Assembly: GCA_965216565.1 (NCBI GenBank)
Contig: OZ244170.1
Coordinates: 3,488,001-3,552,000, forward strand
From: Bythopirellula sp.
GTDB taxonomy: Bacteria > Planctomycetota > Planctomycetia > Pirellulales > Lacipirellulaceae
Length of the DNA: 64,000 nt
Direction of reading: 5' to 3'
A program made the translations under genes and the position numbers. Of the stretch, positions 1-10,271 are shown piece by piece (within the stretch, counting starts at the first letter, position 1; each line of letters opens with the position of its first letter). The notes beneath the pieces were generated by a model that saw only the letters and a list, made by a program, of their open reading frames with translations, was not told the origin of the DNA and did not search any database.

Positions 1-594
1 GCCATGATACCAGCCCGGAGAAGCCGGCATCACTACCGCCCCCGATTCGTTCGCCAACCGCATGTTTTCGATATGCGGGCGAGAAAGCGGAGTCTCACGC
101 GGCACGACGACCAGTGGTCGCCGCTCCTTGAGATGCACCTCCGCAGCACGTTGGATCAGATTTCCCGCCGCACCGTGGGCAATGGCGCTCAACGAAGTTC
201 CCGAGCAGGGGCAAACAACCATTCCTTTGGTAAGAAACGACCCACTCGCCATCGGTGCATTGAAGTCGCGAAAGTGGTGATAAACCAGCTCGCCCTTGCG
301 ACCCGCTTCGACCGAAAGCACATTGCTATCGGCGGTGCTGATTCCGGCACTTTCCTGCAACATGCGGATCTTGCTATCCGAAGCACCAGCCACCTCGTCC
401 AACATGAGCGACTTGGCAGTAAAGTTCTCCAAATCAACGGCAAGCTCTAACTCTTCCTTAATCACTTGCGCGCCGCTGGGGCTAATCGATAGATGCACAT
501 CATGCCCCGTGGCCAGCAGCACTTCGATCAATCGCATCGAATAGACGGCCCCGCTCGCCCCAGTAATTCCCATGCAAACTTTTTTGTCACTCAT
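1..594 (-). CDS. ubiX: Flavin prenyltransferase UbiX (3' end runs off the window)
   Basis: Absent from the ORF track because it has no stop in the window. Manual translation from ATG at 594 gives MSDKKVCMGITGASGAVY...RLANESGAVVMPASPGWYHG, with the UbiX GITGASG and MPASPG(W/F)Y motifs. Confidence 0.92.
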   Translation of the reverse strand, partial: MSDKKVCMGITGASGAVYSMRLIEVLLATGHDVHLSISPSGAQVIKEELELAVDLENFTAKSLMLDEVAGASDSKIRMLQESAGISTADSNVLSVEAGRKGELVYHHFRDFNAPMASGSFLTKGMVVCPCSGTSLSAIAHGAAGNLIQRAAEVHLKERRPLVVVPRETPLSRPHIENMRLANESGAVVMPASPGWYHG

Positions 595-645
595 CCTAGT
601 TCTCTTCTATTTGAATTTACTTCGAAATCTATGCCACAGACGCAT

Positions 646-1368
646 CTAAGCGGGTTTGCTCCCAACATAAAGTGTCGCCACACCCAAAGTCAGTCCGCGG
701 AACCAAACCTCGGTTAAGCCAGCCGCTCGCATGCGATCTGCCAATGCCTCGCCTTGCGGAAACTCACCGACGCTAGCGGGCAGATACTCGTAAGCACTCT
801 GTTTATTTCGCGCTAGCAGTTGTCCAATTTTTGGCAGCACGTTGCGAAAGTACCATCCATAGATTGCCTTGAATGGCTGCCATCGGGGTGAGGAAAACTC
901 CAACACCGCGACTTGGCCACCGGGGGCACATACGCGGACCATCTCCCGCAAGCCAGCATCTGTATCGGCAACATTCCTCAATCCAAATGCCACAGAAACA
1001 ACTTGAAACTGATCGCCATCGAATGGCAGGTGCTGAGCGTCTGCCTCGACAAAGCTCAGTGACTGAGTCTCTGGTTGTCGCTCGCCTTTCTGACGTCCGA
1101 TGGCGAGCATTTCGTGACAAAAATCGGCGCCTACGATCTGTGCCCGACCCTCAGCAGCTCGATGATAGGCCAGTGCCAAGTCACCAGTGCCCGTGCACAG
1201 ATCGAGCAACTTGCCGTCTTTCACCGGAGGAACACTCCGCACAGTCCGCCAGCGCCAATAGCGATCGATATTGAGCGACAGCAAATGATTCATCAAATCG
1301 TAACGCCCGGCAATCTCCCCAAACATCTGCCTGACGCGTGCTCCCGATTTGTCGACGGTTGTGCTCAT
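646..1368 (-). CDS. ubiE: Demethylmenaquinone/ubiquinone C-methyltransferase UbiE/MenG
   Basis: [30 protein letters not shown] motif and AFGLRNV. Start placed at MSTTVDK (1368). Confidence 0.93.
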   Translation of the reverse strand: MSTTVDKSGARVRQMFGEIAGRYDLMNHLLSLNIDRYWRWRTVRSVPPVKDGKLLDLCTGTGDLALAYHRAAEGRAQIVGADFCHEMLAIGRQKGERQPETQSLSFVEADAQHLPFDGDQFQVVSVAFGLRNVADTDAGLREMVRVCAPGGQVAVLEFSSPRWQPFKAIYGWYFRNVLPKIGQLLARNKQSAYEYLPASVGEFPQGEALADRMRAAGLTEVWFRGLTLGVATLYVGSKPA

Positions 1369-1446
1369 TTGATAATTGATTGTCACCTGGGTTAAGCCCA
1401 ACGCGTTAACATCGGACAGAATAGACTCTGGCGTTTCCTCAGGGAT

Positions 1447-1472
1447 TACCCGCGGCTAACGCCGTCGGCTCA
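1447..1472. repeat. REP-like palindromic repeat, family A (single well-preserved arm)
   Basis: tacccgcggctaacgccgtcggctca matches 43212-43237 at 25/26 positions. Confidence 0.75.
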
Positions 1473-1609
1473 TTCTTCCGTAGCAAGCCGTGTCGTTCCC
1501 GACCACGGCTCAACCGAGCAAAATCTGCCGCACTTTAGAATCTATCAGTATCTCAGTACAATGATCCCTCTGCCATGCCAACCGATCATTTTACAAGTGG
1601 ATTAACACC

Positions 1610-2368
1610 TTGCCACGGCTCTCAGTCCACTATCTGCCCCAGTTCGTCTCGGAAACCGAGCTCGCCGACAGTGCAGTCGTGGTGATCGACTTACTACGAG
1701 CCTCAAGCACAATTTGTCATGCTCTGTCCGCCGGGGCTAAGTGTGTGATGCCTTTTGTGGAAGTCGACGAAGTCCGCCACCAGGCGAGTAATTTTACGCA
1801 GTCAGCCATTGTGCTCGGCGGCGAGCGAGGGGGGCGTCGCATTGAGGGATTCGACCTGGGAAATTCCCCTACCGAGTACACCCCCGAGAAGGTGTTTGGC
1901 AAAACGGTGCTATTCAGCACAACCAACGGAGCCCGGGCTGTCGCCCACGCGCACCTAGCGAGGCGGGTTATCATCGGTGCCACCGCCAACCGTCGAGCGG
2001 TTGTGGCGGCGCTGGCGGAAGAGCCTGCAATCGATATCCTCTGTGCCGGTACGAACGGCAACGTCACCCGCGAAGATATTCTTGCAGCCGGTGCGATTGT
2101 CGACGCGCTTCTGCCGTTACCCGACTCCCAGTGGGAGACGAACGAATGGGTCGATGCCGTCCGCGGCGAATGGCAGGAACTGCTCTCCACCGCCACCGCC
2201 CTGGGACGCAGCGTAAGCGAACAACTGGCCCTAGAACTAAGAGAAACCACCGGCGGCAAGAATCTCCTGGCCATTGGCTACGATTTTGATCTCGAAGTCT
2301 GTGCCCAGGTCGACACGCTCGATCTTGCCCCCGAGCTGGATTCCGAGACGGCGGCTATTGTCCTGTAG
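1610..2368 (+). CDS. comB: 2-phosphosulfolactate phosphatase (ComB family)
   Basis: VVIDLLRASSTI, GGERGG...GFDLGNSP, STTNG and EDILAAG motifs; TTG start. Confidence 0.88.
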   Translation: MPRLSVHYLPQFVSETELADSAVVVIDLLRASSTICHALSAGAKCVMPFVEVDEVRHQASNFTQSAIVLGGERGGRRIEGFDLGNSPTEYTPEKVFGKTVLFSTTNGARAVAHAHLARRVIIGATANRRAVVAALAEEPAIDILCAGTNGNVTREDILAAGAIVDALLPLPDSQWETNEWVDAVRGEWQELLSTATALGRSVSEQLALELRETTGGKNLLAIGYDFDLEVCAQVDTLDLAPELDSETAAIVL

Positions 2369-2608
2369 GTGGCCACTTCGCACAGACCCCACTTCGCACA
2401 GACATAGACGCTACCGCCACCGACAAGGTAAACTCTCTATTTCCAACTCACTCCCGTCTTACATAAGAAATCCACTATGGCAGGACGCACACAAGATTGA
2501 ATAGACCCTAGTCTTTTCTTGTGCCTTTCTGTTGTCGTGGGTCTACCCGTATTTATTACATCGTCATTCTTGATTGGTCATTGACGTTTGAAGAAAGTTG
2601 CTCTCACC

Positions 2609-4218
2609 ATGGAAATGGAAAAACTAGTCTCCCTCTGCAAGCGCCGCGGATTTCTATTTCAATCCAGCGAGATCTACGGGGGATTGAATGGCTTCTGGGA
2701 CTATGGCCCTCTCGGCGTGGAACTCAAACGCAATATCAAGGGCGCGTGGTGGCAAGACATGGTCACTTCGCACGACGAATTGGCCGCGGCTGACGGTGCC
2801 CCCTCCACTCACGAAATGACCGGCCTCGACTGCACCATCATTATGCACCCCCAAGTATGGAAGTGCAGCGGTCACTACGACCTGTTTTGCGACATGATGG
2901 TCGATTGCCGTGAATCGAAGCGACGCTACCGCTTCGATCAATTACGCGGTCGCTGGGTCGAAGCCAAAGGCAAACGTATCTTTGTGACCACACTGGCTGA
3001 AGTGGAAGAAGAAAAGAAGACCTTCAGCGTCGTGCCCTAAAGGCGTTCAACCTGCGAGGAAAAGATGCGGACAAACTTGCCTGGGAGGGCGAGGCAATGT
3101 CCCTCGACAAGCTCGATTCCTTAGAAAACGTCTTTGCACCGGAAGCGAAGGAAGTTGGCACACTTACCGAGCCACGCGAGTTCAATCTGATGTTCAAAAC
3201 GATCGTCGGCGCCATGGGCACCGAGGACGATGCGGCTTTCCTCCGTCCCGAGACGGCCCAGGGCATTTTTGTCAATTTCAAGAACGTTCTCGATAGCACC
3301 CGCGTGCGGATCCCCTTCGGCATCGCACAAATGGGGAAGAGCTTCCGCAACGAGATTACGCCGCGGAATTTTACTTTCCGCTCTCGCGAGTTCGAACAGA
3401 TGGAGATCGAGTTCTTCTGCCATCCCGACTCCTCACGCGACTGGTACGAGTATTGGCGCGATCGTCGTATGCGTTGGTACACCGATCTGGGCCTAGCCGG
3501 CGAGCGGCTTCAACTCCGCGAGCACGAATCTGACGAACTGAGCCACTATTCCTGCGGCACGGCCGATATCGAATACGCCTTTCCGTTCCTTCCAGAAGGT
3601 GAGCACGGCGAACTGGAAGGGATCGCCCACCGAGGCGACTTCGACCTTCGCAGTCACATGGAGGGTAAGCTGGTGAAAAATGCCGAAGGCTGCTTGGAAG
3701 TCGAACAAGGTCCCGATGGCAAACCCAAATACAAAGGGAGCGGGCGCGACCTCACCTATCGCGATGATCAAACCAACGAACGGTTCATCCCTCATGTCAT
3801 TGAACCCTCAGCCGGAGCCGACCGTGCGACGCTGGCGTTTCTTTGTGAAGCGTACACCGAGGACGAACAACCGGACGAAAAAGGCAAGATGCAAACCCGC
3901 ACGGTGATGAAGCTGCATCCGCGGATCGCGCCCATCAAAGCAGCCGTCTTCCCGCTGGTGAAAAAAGATGGCATGCCGGAAATTGCCCGCGACATTTATC
4001 GAGGTCTTAAACAACGCTTCACAGCGTTTTACGACGAGAAGGGCGCAGTTGGACGCCGCTACCGCCGTCAGGACGAGGCAGGCACCCCCTACTGCATTAC
4101 GGTCGATGGTCAAACTCTCACGGATCAGACCGTCACCATCCGCGACCGCGATACGCTAGAGCAGTGGCGCGTGAAAGTGGACGATGTGGTAGAGGAGATT
4201 TCTGGCCGGGTGAGCTAA
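2609..4218 (+). CDS. glyQS: Glycine--tRNA ligase, alpha2 (eukaryote/archaea-like) type, interrupted by a 1-nt frameshift at about 3001-3037
   Basis: The N-terminal part has LCKRRGF...IYGG...DYGPLG. The C-terminal part has [37 protein letters not shown] and [13 protein letters not shown]. Adding one A at 3012-3015 joins them into a 536-aa ORF. Confidence 0.93.
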
Positions 4219-4228
4219 GAGAATCTTC

Positions 4229-5020
4229 TCAACCAGCCAGACGCGATGAGAGTTGGTCCACCTGCCCGCGCAAATTCGCCAGCAGCATGTGACTACTCGC
4301 CACTTGGTGAAAGTGTTCGTAGTAGTGTTGACTGCTACTTTGCCGACTGGCTGAGAGCGAGCCGGTGAGTCGCTCCAAATCGTGCAGTTGCTGGTCTACC
4401 CCATCAATCTGCCGATTCAACCGACGGCTATTGTTCCACAACCGCGCGGCCATCCACACCAGCCCCACAATGAGCGTCCCCTCGGCGGCAATCGTGGCAG
4501 TCATACCCCATTGCCAGGAAGCAGCCAATCCAAATGCCGCGGCCCACACCAACAGACCAACGCCCCCTGCAAAACCGACCACGCCAACGAACAACATTAG
4601 GCTAATCAAGCGTGTGGCAACAGTGCTGCGTGCTTGATCCCATTCCGCTTGCTTGTCTCGATGTCCAATGGCTCGCAGACGGGGACTCTCATGATACGAC
4701 TGGAGATTCTCAGGCCCCCAAGTCCGCGGTGGAGTGGCGACATCTTGAGTCGACTCGTGCCGATACGCGGTGCGAAGCTGCTGTCCAATGCGTCGCAAGC
4801 GCTCTGAAGTCTCATCACGTTGCCAAGGATTGGGCGGCACTTCTTGGAACCGTTGCCGATCCATGGCTTCAAGCTCCACTCCCGTATCTACAACCTGTGC
4901 GGCTGACGCCGAGAGTCGATCGTTAAGATCAAACTCCGCTTCGCAACGCGTGCACACCAGCGGTCCATCTACCGCTCTGGCTACGGCAGGAACATCTTGT
5001 TGGCAATCGCGACACCACAT
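4229..5020 (-). CDS. Hypothetical membrane protein with N-terminal Zn-ribbon
   Basis: MWCRDCQQD...CTRC (two CxxC pairs), two hydrophobic helices and a C-terminal coiled-coil-like region. Confidence 0.7.
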   Translation of the reverse strand: MWCRDCQQDVPAVARAVDGPLVCTRCEAEFDLNDRLSASAAQVVDTGVELEAMDRQRFQEVPPNPWQRDETSERLRRIGQQLRTAYRHESTQDVATPPRTWGPENLQSYHESPRLRAIGHRDKQAEWDQARSTVATRLISLMLFVGVVGFAGGVGLLVWAAAFGLAASWQWGMTATIAAEGTLIVGLVWMAARLWNNSRRLNRQIDGVDQQLHDLERLTGSLSASRQSSSQHYYEHFHQVASSHMLLANLRGQVDQLSSRLAG

Positions 5021-5119
5021 ACGCCGGCACCCTGAAAGACGAGAAAGTAAGAATAGCCCTATCCATAGAGCATCGGCCTGCAACCTTGGCAGACTGTAGC
5101 GATTTCGTAGAACGCGCAC

Positions 5120-7072
5120 CTACTCGGCGGTGCTAGCATTCTCGCCTGCGGGCGCTGAGGAGCGATAGAAATCGCCCCGGAGCCAATCGACGATGAGCCC
5201 CAGCGAATGATCGTCGAGCTGATTCATTCGCGGGTCGTCATGCGGAGCAAATGCTGGCATCCGGTCGTTCATTTCGCCGTAGAAGCGTTCATGGCCAGGA
5301 TTGCGGATGAAATCGATCATCCATTGCCGCGACATGTAGCCGGTGAGATCGGGTGAACCAACGTCTTGCATCTCGCCAAAGCTATGGCAGTCGGTGCAAC
5401 TCATGCCAACTTCACCCACCTCGGCCAACCCGCCTTCGATCAGGGCCCTGCCCTCTTCGATGATTTCTTCGTCCTCTTGGTCCATCTCGCGCTGATGCGG
5501 TAGTTGCGCCTCGGCAGAGAGAGCCACGACGATTTTCTCAACCGCCGATTGCACATTGGGATCTGTCTCGGCGAGCGATTCGTTGACAAAGTCCACCATG
5601 TCGGTGTAGTCGCCATCGCCCACAAACGGCGACCCGGGATAGCCAAAGTAATGCAGCCCGTCGACTTGGTTGGGATCTAAAATTCCGGCAATCCACTCAC
5701 GGCTCCCTACACCGTAGAGATTTGGAGCGGAATACTCTTCCGTATCGTTGTTCAGAATCTTAGCGGCATGGGAAGTTGATTTGCCGGGGCCCATGTAAAT
5801 GTGGCAGCCAATGCAATATTGATTGAATAACTTAGGCCCTTGCAGATAAGGATCGTTTTGCAACAACGACAGCGCCCCTTCCGGCGGAATCTTCTCTGGC
5901 GAACTGGCGAGCTCAATCGCTCGATGCGCTTCATGCTCGGCTTCGCCCTTGGCTTGGATAAATGTTTGCGAGGCTTGATAGGCCTCGTAGTTTTCGGCGC
6001 CTTCCTCCGGCTTTTCTGTCCACATCGCAAAATAGTCGTCGTATAGTGCCTGCCCAGTAAGCAAAGCCGCGCCGCCCAATAGAACGAACAGCAACGCCAC
6101 GTTGAAAATATGTCCGCCCCGACTGCGACCAATCCACGGCATCAAAAACAATACCACCAGGATCAAGGTGGGAATCACAATCGCGCCCCATACCTCCAAC
6201 TCGCCGGGGAACCACTTCAAAAACTGAAACAGAAACAAAAAGTAGATCTCGGGCCGTGCTGCCGCATAGGGATTTGCGGGGTCGGCCGGGGCGGTGAGTT
6301 CTGCGCCGCCGTAATAGACCGTCGCACCCAATACCACCGCCAATACAGCCAACGCTGCCACACTGTCTTTAAGAACCTGGTCGGGCCAGAACATCGTATC
6401 GGGCGCTCGCTTGGCATCACGAACATGGAGCCCATGCCGACGAAAAAGCGCCACATGCACGACGAGGAACAGGACCAACAGCCCCGGCAGCACTCCCGCA
6501 TGCAAAGCAAAAAACCGTGTTAGCGTGTGATGCCCGTATTCGTTGCCGCCAACAGCCAGCGTCTTGACCGCCGGCCCCGCTCCGGGTGCCAGACTGGAAA
6601 GTTCCGTGCCTACCTTCGTGGCCCAGTAGCCTTTCTGATCCCACGGCAACAGATATCCCGTCAGCGCCAATCCCAGGACGATCAACATTAGTATTAAACC
6701 CAACACAAAGTTGATCTCGCGGGGAGCCCGATAGGCACCGTCAATCACCACTTGCAGAAAATGAACTCCCAGCAGCACCACCATCGCTTGAGCCATAAAG
6801 TGGTGGATGCCCCGCAGCAGCCAACCACCAGCCATTTCGTGCTGAATGTAGTAGACGCTTTCCCATGCCGTCTGTGTGCTGGGGCTGTAGGCCATCCACA
6901 GAAATATGCCGGTAATCACCTGGGTGGCAAACGCCATCACCAACGTGCTGCCCCACACATAACGCCAACGGGCACCCCCAGGGATTGGTTCGTAGAGTGC
7001 TTCGTGAACCAGCTTTTTCGCGCCGGTGCGATCGTCGAACCATTCGCTGACTTTTTGAGTCACAGAACTCAT
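5120..7072 (-). CDS. Cytochrome b (b6/subunit IV-like) fused to a di-haem cytochrome c; Rieske/cyt b complex
   Basis: GWLLRGIHH, GAYRAPREINF, TGYLLPWDQKGYWA and RFFALH motifs; two CxxCH (CIGCH, CTDCH). Overlaps the Rieske stop by 4 nt. Confidence 0.92.
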   Translation of the reverse strand: MSSVTQKVSEWFDDRTGAKKLVHEALYEPIPGGARWRYVWGSTLVMAFATQVITGIFLWMAYSPSTQTAWESVYYIQHEMAGGWLLRGIHHFMAQAMVVLLGVHFLQVVIDGAYRAPREINFVLGLILMLIVLGLALTGYLLPWDQKGYWATKVGTELSSLAPGAGPAVKTLAVGGNEYGHHTLTRFFALHAGVLPGLLVLFLVVHVALFRRHGLHVRDAKRAPDTMFWPDQVLKDSVAALAVLAVVLGATVYYGGAELTAPADPANPYAAARPEIYFLFLFQFLKWFPGELEVWGAIVIPTLILVVLFLMPWIGRSRGGHIFNVALLFVLLGGAALLTGQALYDDYFAMWTEKPEEGAENYEAYQASQTFIQAKGEAEHEAHRAIELASSPEKIPPEGALSLLQNDPYLQGPKLFNQYCIGCHIYMGPGKSTSHAAKILNNDTEEYSAPNLYGVGSREWIAGILDPNQVDGLHYFGYPGSPFVGDGDYTDMVDFVNESLAETDPNVQSAVEKIVVALSAEAQLPHQREMDQEDEEIIEEGRALIEGGLAEVGEVGMSCTDCHSFGEMQDVGSPDLTGYMSRQWMIDFIRNPGHERFYGEMNDRMPAFAPHDDPRMNQLDDHSLGLIVDWLRGDFYRSSAPAGENASTAE

Positions 7073-7656
7073 GCGGTGGGCACCTGCTCTGCGTGGCCAG
7101 TTTGAAAGTCGATGAATTCCACCCATACCTCGGTCACTTGGGCGTCGTCATCACCAATCTCTTTGAGGGTGACAGGGAGACGATCCATATCGCGTGGCGC
7201 CACCTCATCGTCGCCTCGCGCTCGCGAACCGTCCAAATTGAATGCACTCGTGTGACACGGACATTTGAATTCGTCGTCGCCCTCGGTGTAGCCGACAAAG
7301 CAGCCTGCGTGCGGGCATTTCGCTGTGAAGGCAGTCGGCTTCTGCTCGCCTGGGTTGCGAACCAAATAAACTGCTCCAATTTTTTGCTCGGGATACCGGT
7401 TCCAGGCATCCTCGCGATCGTGGCTCACAGGGAAATAGCGGGGCTTACCGTCGGCAGGTATCTGAGAGAGCAGCGCGATCCTCACCTCTGGGCTTTTGTG
7501 ACTCCGGAACAACGGCGAGAGATAACTGACGATGCCGACAACTACCGGAGTAACCGTAGCCACGGCCCCCGCCACAATCGCCATCACGGCCGCAAAAAAC
7601 GTTCGGCGATTCGCAGGGTTAGGTTCGGAAGTCGATTTTTTCGAGGGATCCGTCAT
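7069..7656 (-). CDS. Rieske 2Fe-2S subunit of the Rieske/cyt b complex
   Basis: CPHAGC and CPCHTSAF boxes; Tat-like NRRTFF followed by a TM anchor. Confidence 0.92.
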   Translation of the reverse strand: MTDPSKKSTSEPNPANRRTFFAAVMAIVAGAVATVTPVVVGIVSYLSPLFRSHKSPEVRIALLSQIPADGKPRYFPVSHDREDAWNRYPEQKIGAVYLVRNPGEQKPTAFTAKCPHAGCFVGYTEGDDEFKCPCHTSAFNLDGSRARGDDEVAPRDMDRLPVTLKEIGDDDAQVTEVWVEFIDFQTGHAEQVPTA

Positions 7657-7694
7657 TGCGTGTCTCTAAGAATTCAAGTCACACCTGATTATAG

Positions 7695-8678
7695 TTACCC
7701 CAGAGCCGCGCGCAGCTTTTCCAGAACCTGACTTTGGGCGTCGTCCATCGACATTGCCATGGTAATGCCCGAAGCAGCCTTGTGCCCCCCGCCACCGAAC
7801 TGCTGGGCAATTGCCTGGACATCGAAATCACTACGACTCCGCAGGCTAACTTTGGTTTTGTCGGGCTCCAATTCCACAAACATCACCGCGACTTCGGTGC
7901 CCGCAATAGTGAGCAGTGTGTTGATCGAATCCTCAGTATCCGTGGTGTTCGCCCCCACGGCTGCAAAATCTGCTTGCCGAACCTGAGTCCACATGAGTCT
8001 CCCGCGGCACTCCGATCGGATGTTGGAGAAAATGCGTCCCCGTAACAGGATTCTCGCAATGCTGTGTTGCTCGAACAAAGCCGAAAACACCTCCGGCGGG
8101 CTCACTCCTACCGCGACAATCTTTGCCAGGGCGGCAAATGTTTTCTCGGTTACGGAAGAAAAGCGGAACCAGCCCGTGTCGGTTGCGATCGCCGTGAACA
8201 ATGGCATGGCGATCTCTTGGGTCAGCTCTACCTGCAGTTCCTCGGACAGTTCCAGAATCAATCGGCCGGTGGCCTCGGCCGTGGCGTCGCGAAACACCGC
8301 GGCGCCTAGGTCATCGCTACTCACGTGATGATCGATCACCACACGCTTGCCAGGGAATTCCCGCACGACGTCCGCCATGGGGCCCAACTGCCCCCACGCA
8401 CTCGTGTCGACAACAATCAAGCAATCGCACTTATGCAGCTCCTCAGCTTGAACGGTCCGTCCTAATTCGCCGATGCGACTCTCCGGATCGATAAACCGAA
8501 TATGCTCGGGAACCTCGTCGCCGTTAACGATCTGCACTTGCTTACCCAAGGACTCCAACACGCGCGCCAGCGCCAATTCGCTACCCACGGCATCACAATC
8601 GGCACGACAGTGGCTCGTGAGAACAAACGACTGGCAGTCGGTAATAATCTCGTGAAGTGGTTTCCAATCGATGGACAT
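7695..8678 (-). CDS. nrnA: DHH/DHHA1 phosphoesterase (NrnA-like oligoribonuclease/pAp phosphatase)
   Basis: HCRADCDAVGS, VIDHH, DTGWFRF, SLRS and GGGGHKAASG motifs. Confidence 0.85.
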   Translation of the reverse strand: MSIDWKPLHEIITDCQSFVLTSHCRADCDAVGSELALARVLESLGKQVQIVNGDEVPEHIRFIDPESRIGELGRTVQAEELHKCDCLIVVDTSAWGQLGPMADVVREFPGKRVVIDHHVSSDDLGAAVFRDATAEATGRLILELSEELQVELTQEIAMPLFTAIATDTGWFRFSSVTEKTFAALAKIVAVGVSPPEVFSALFEQHSIARILLRGRIFSNIRSECRGRLMWTQVRQADFAAVGANTTDTEDSINTLLTIAGTEVAVMFVELEPDKTKVSLRSRSDFDVQAIAQQFGGGGHKAASGITMAMSMDDAQSQVLEKLRAALG

Positions 8679-8771
8679 GGTTATTGGCTGTAGGAAGAAG
8701 ACTGTAGGCTGGAGACGCTAGTCTGGGGCAAACAATAGCCGCGATCCGATGGATCGCCGGGAGCACGTACT

Positions 8772-9035
8772 TCACTCCTTATTCATATACTCTTCGACCA
8801 ACTTGGCCACCAACGCGGGATTATCCTGCTCGACCAGATGATCAATCTGTTGCTGCTTGACGCCCATCTTTTCCATTGCCGCTGAGGCCTGTTTCCACTT
8901 GGTGGCGCGGGCTTTGCCCTCAGCCAGATAGAGATCAGTCACCAGCTCGCCCAAACGCTGCAGCGAGATTGCGTCCTTGTTATCGTAGTAGTTCTTGATG
9001 ATCTTCTGCTGATGTTTCGAATATTGCTTGGCCAT
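8772..9035 (-). CDS. Small hypothetical protein
   Basis: 87-aa ATG ORF with protein-like composition, at the head of the minus-strand gene run. Confidence 0.7.
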   Translation of the reverse strand: MAKQYSKHQQKIIKNYYDNKDAISLQRLGELVTDLYLAEGKARATKWKQASAAMEKMGVKQQQIDHLVEQDNPALVAKLVEEYMNKE

Positions 9036-9096
9036 TGTAGCTCGTTGATTGAGGAAATCGGATACTGCGGAAAATTGATCGTATTCGTGGGTCAGG

Positions 9097-9275
9097 AAGG
9101 AGATAGGGGGTTGTTGGAGATGCTGGGGATAGCATTGACTGCGGGCTGATCTGTCTCTGTTAAACGTAGAGACCAGAGGAAAATGGAATCCGTCCTCCCA
9201 GGAAACGATCCTTGCAAACCAGGCAGGTAATCGAGGAATCCATCCCCACTATCTCCACCATCCCCTCGTCTCCTT
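9097..9275. repeat. Degenerate 34-bp purine-rich inverted repeat (GGAGAT/GGGGAT units) in a divergent intergenic region
   Basis: 9097-9130 matches the reverse complement of 9242-9275 at 27/34 positions; a related copy lies at about 38000-38035. Confidence 0.6.
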
Positions 9276-9470
9276 TATTGAGACGCACGAATGTTGCGAA
9301 TCCTTGCCAGGAAAAGCCGCCTTTTCTCGGCATTCTTGGCGCGGTAGATTATGGTACTCGCTCGCTGGCCAAGGCGATAGCCGATCTTGTCATCCAGGCG
9401 ATCCCAACCGTCGACGACCAAGCTATAACCGTTCACGATTCACCTTTTGCCCAACAGGTTCCATAGCCCG

Positions 9471-9884
9471 ATGCCCGTTATCAAATTCACGAAGGAAAAG
9501 AAAGAAATCGAAGTCCCTGATGGAGCCAATCTCCGCGCCGAGGCGATCAAGGCAGGAGTGAATGTGCACCAGGGGCTCAATGGAATGGGCGCCGGCCTCA
9601 ACAAAGTGATCAATTGCCACGGCTTTGCACAATGTGGCACGTGCCGGGTGAACATCACCAGCGGCATGGAAAACGCTAGCAAGATGGGCATGGTCGAAAA
9701 AACAAGATTCAAGATGCCAATTCCAACACCTGTGACGCCCGGCGGACTCGATCCGCTGCCCACCATGGCGTTCATTGGCAACGAAGAAACAATGCGGCTT
9801 GCTTGTCAGGTAACCGTCCACGGCGACATGGAAGTGGAAACCGGTCCCGAACTCGATCTGTTCGGCGAAAACTTCTTTAGCTAA
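9471..9884 (+). CDS. 2Fe-2S ferredoxin
   Basis: CHGFAQCGTC and RLACQ cluster ligands. Confidence 0.88.
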   Translation: MPVIKFTKEKKEIEVPDGANLRAEAIKAGVNVHQGLNGMGAGLNKVINCHGFAQCGTCRVNITSGMENASKMGMVEKTRFKMPIPTPVTPGGLDPLPTMAFIGNEETMRLACQVTVHGDMEVETGPELDLFGENFFS

Positions 9885-9910
9885 CTAAGACTGTCAGCTA
9901 AACGCTCTCC

Positions 9911-10228
9911 ATGAAACAAATCATCGCTATCGTGAAACCGTTTCTGGCGGAGAAAATCCTCGATGGCCTCCGCCGCGCTCCGCTCGAAGCGCTCGAGGTG
10001 ACCGAAGTCAAAGGCATGGGTCGCCAGAAAAGTTATCTTGATCAATATACCGACAGCGAGTATGCCGAGGCGTTTCTCCCCAAAGTACAAATCACCGCCT
10101 GGGTCGACGAAACCCGCGTCGACGAAGTGGTCCGCAAACTAGTGGAACTCGCCCGTACCGGCCGCATGGGCGACGGCAAAATATTTGTCCTCTCCGCCGA
10201 ATCGCACGAAATGGTACTGGGCGAGTGA
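9911..10228 (+). CDS. P-II family nitrogen regulator
   Basis: MKQIIAIVKPF, EVKGMGRQK, FLPK and RTGRMGDGKIFV motifs. Confidence 0.92.
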   Translation: MKQIIAIVKPFLAEKILDGLRRAPLEALEVTEVKGMGRQKSYLDQYTDSEYAEAFLPKVQITAWVDETRVDEVVRKLVELARTGRMGDGKIFVLSAESHEMVLGE

Positions 10229-10271
10229 GCAGGAATGCTTCGCCCTAAATCAATCCCGCTTGGAGTGCTTC

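Noticed and set aside
4..544. Track ORFs 4..450, 189..443 and 296..544
   Set aside because: Shadows of ubiX, which occupies 594 to <1 on the minus strand.
2370..2608. T-box leader before the glycyl-tRNA synthetase
   Set aside because: No T-box consensus or terminator/antiterminator recognised.
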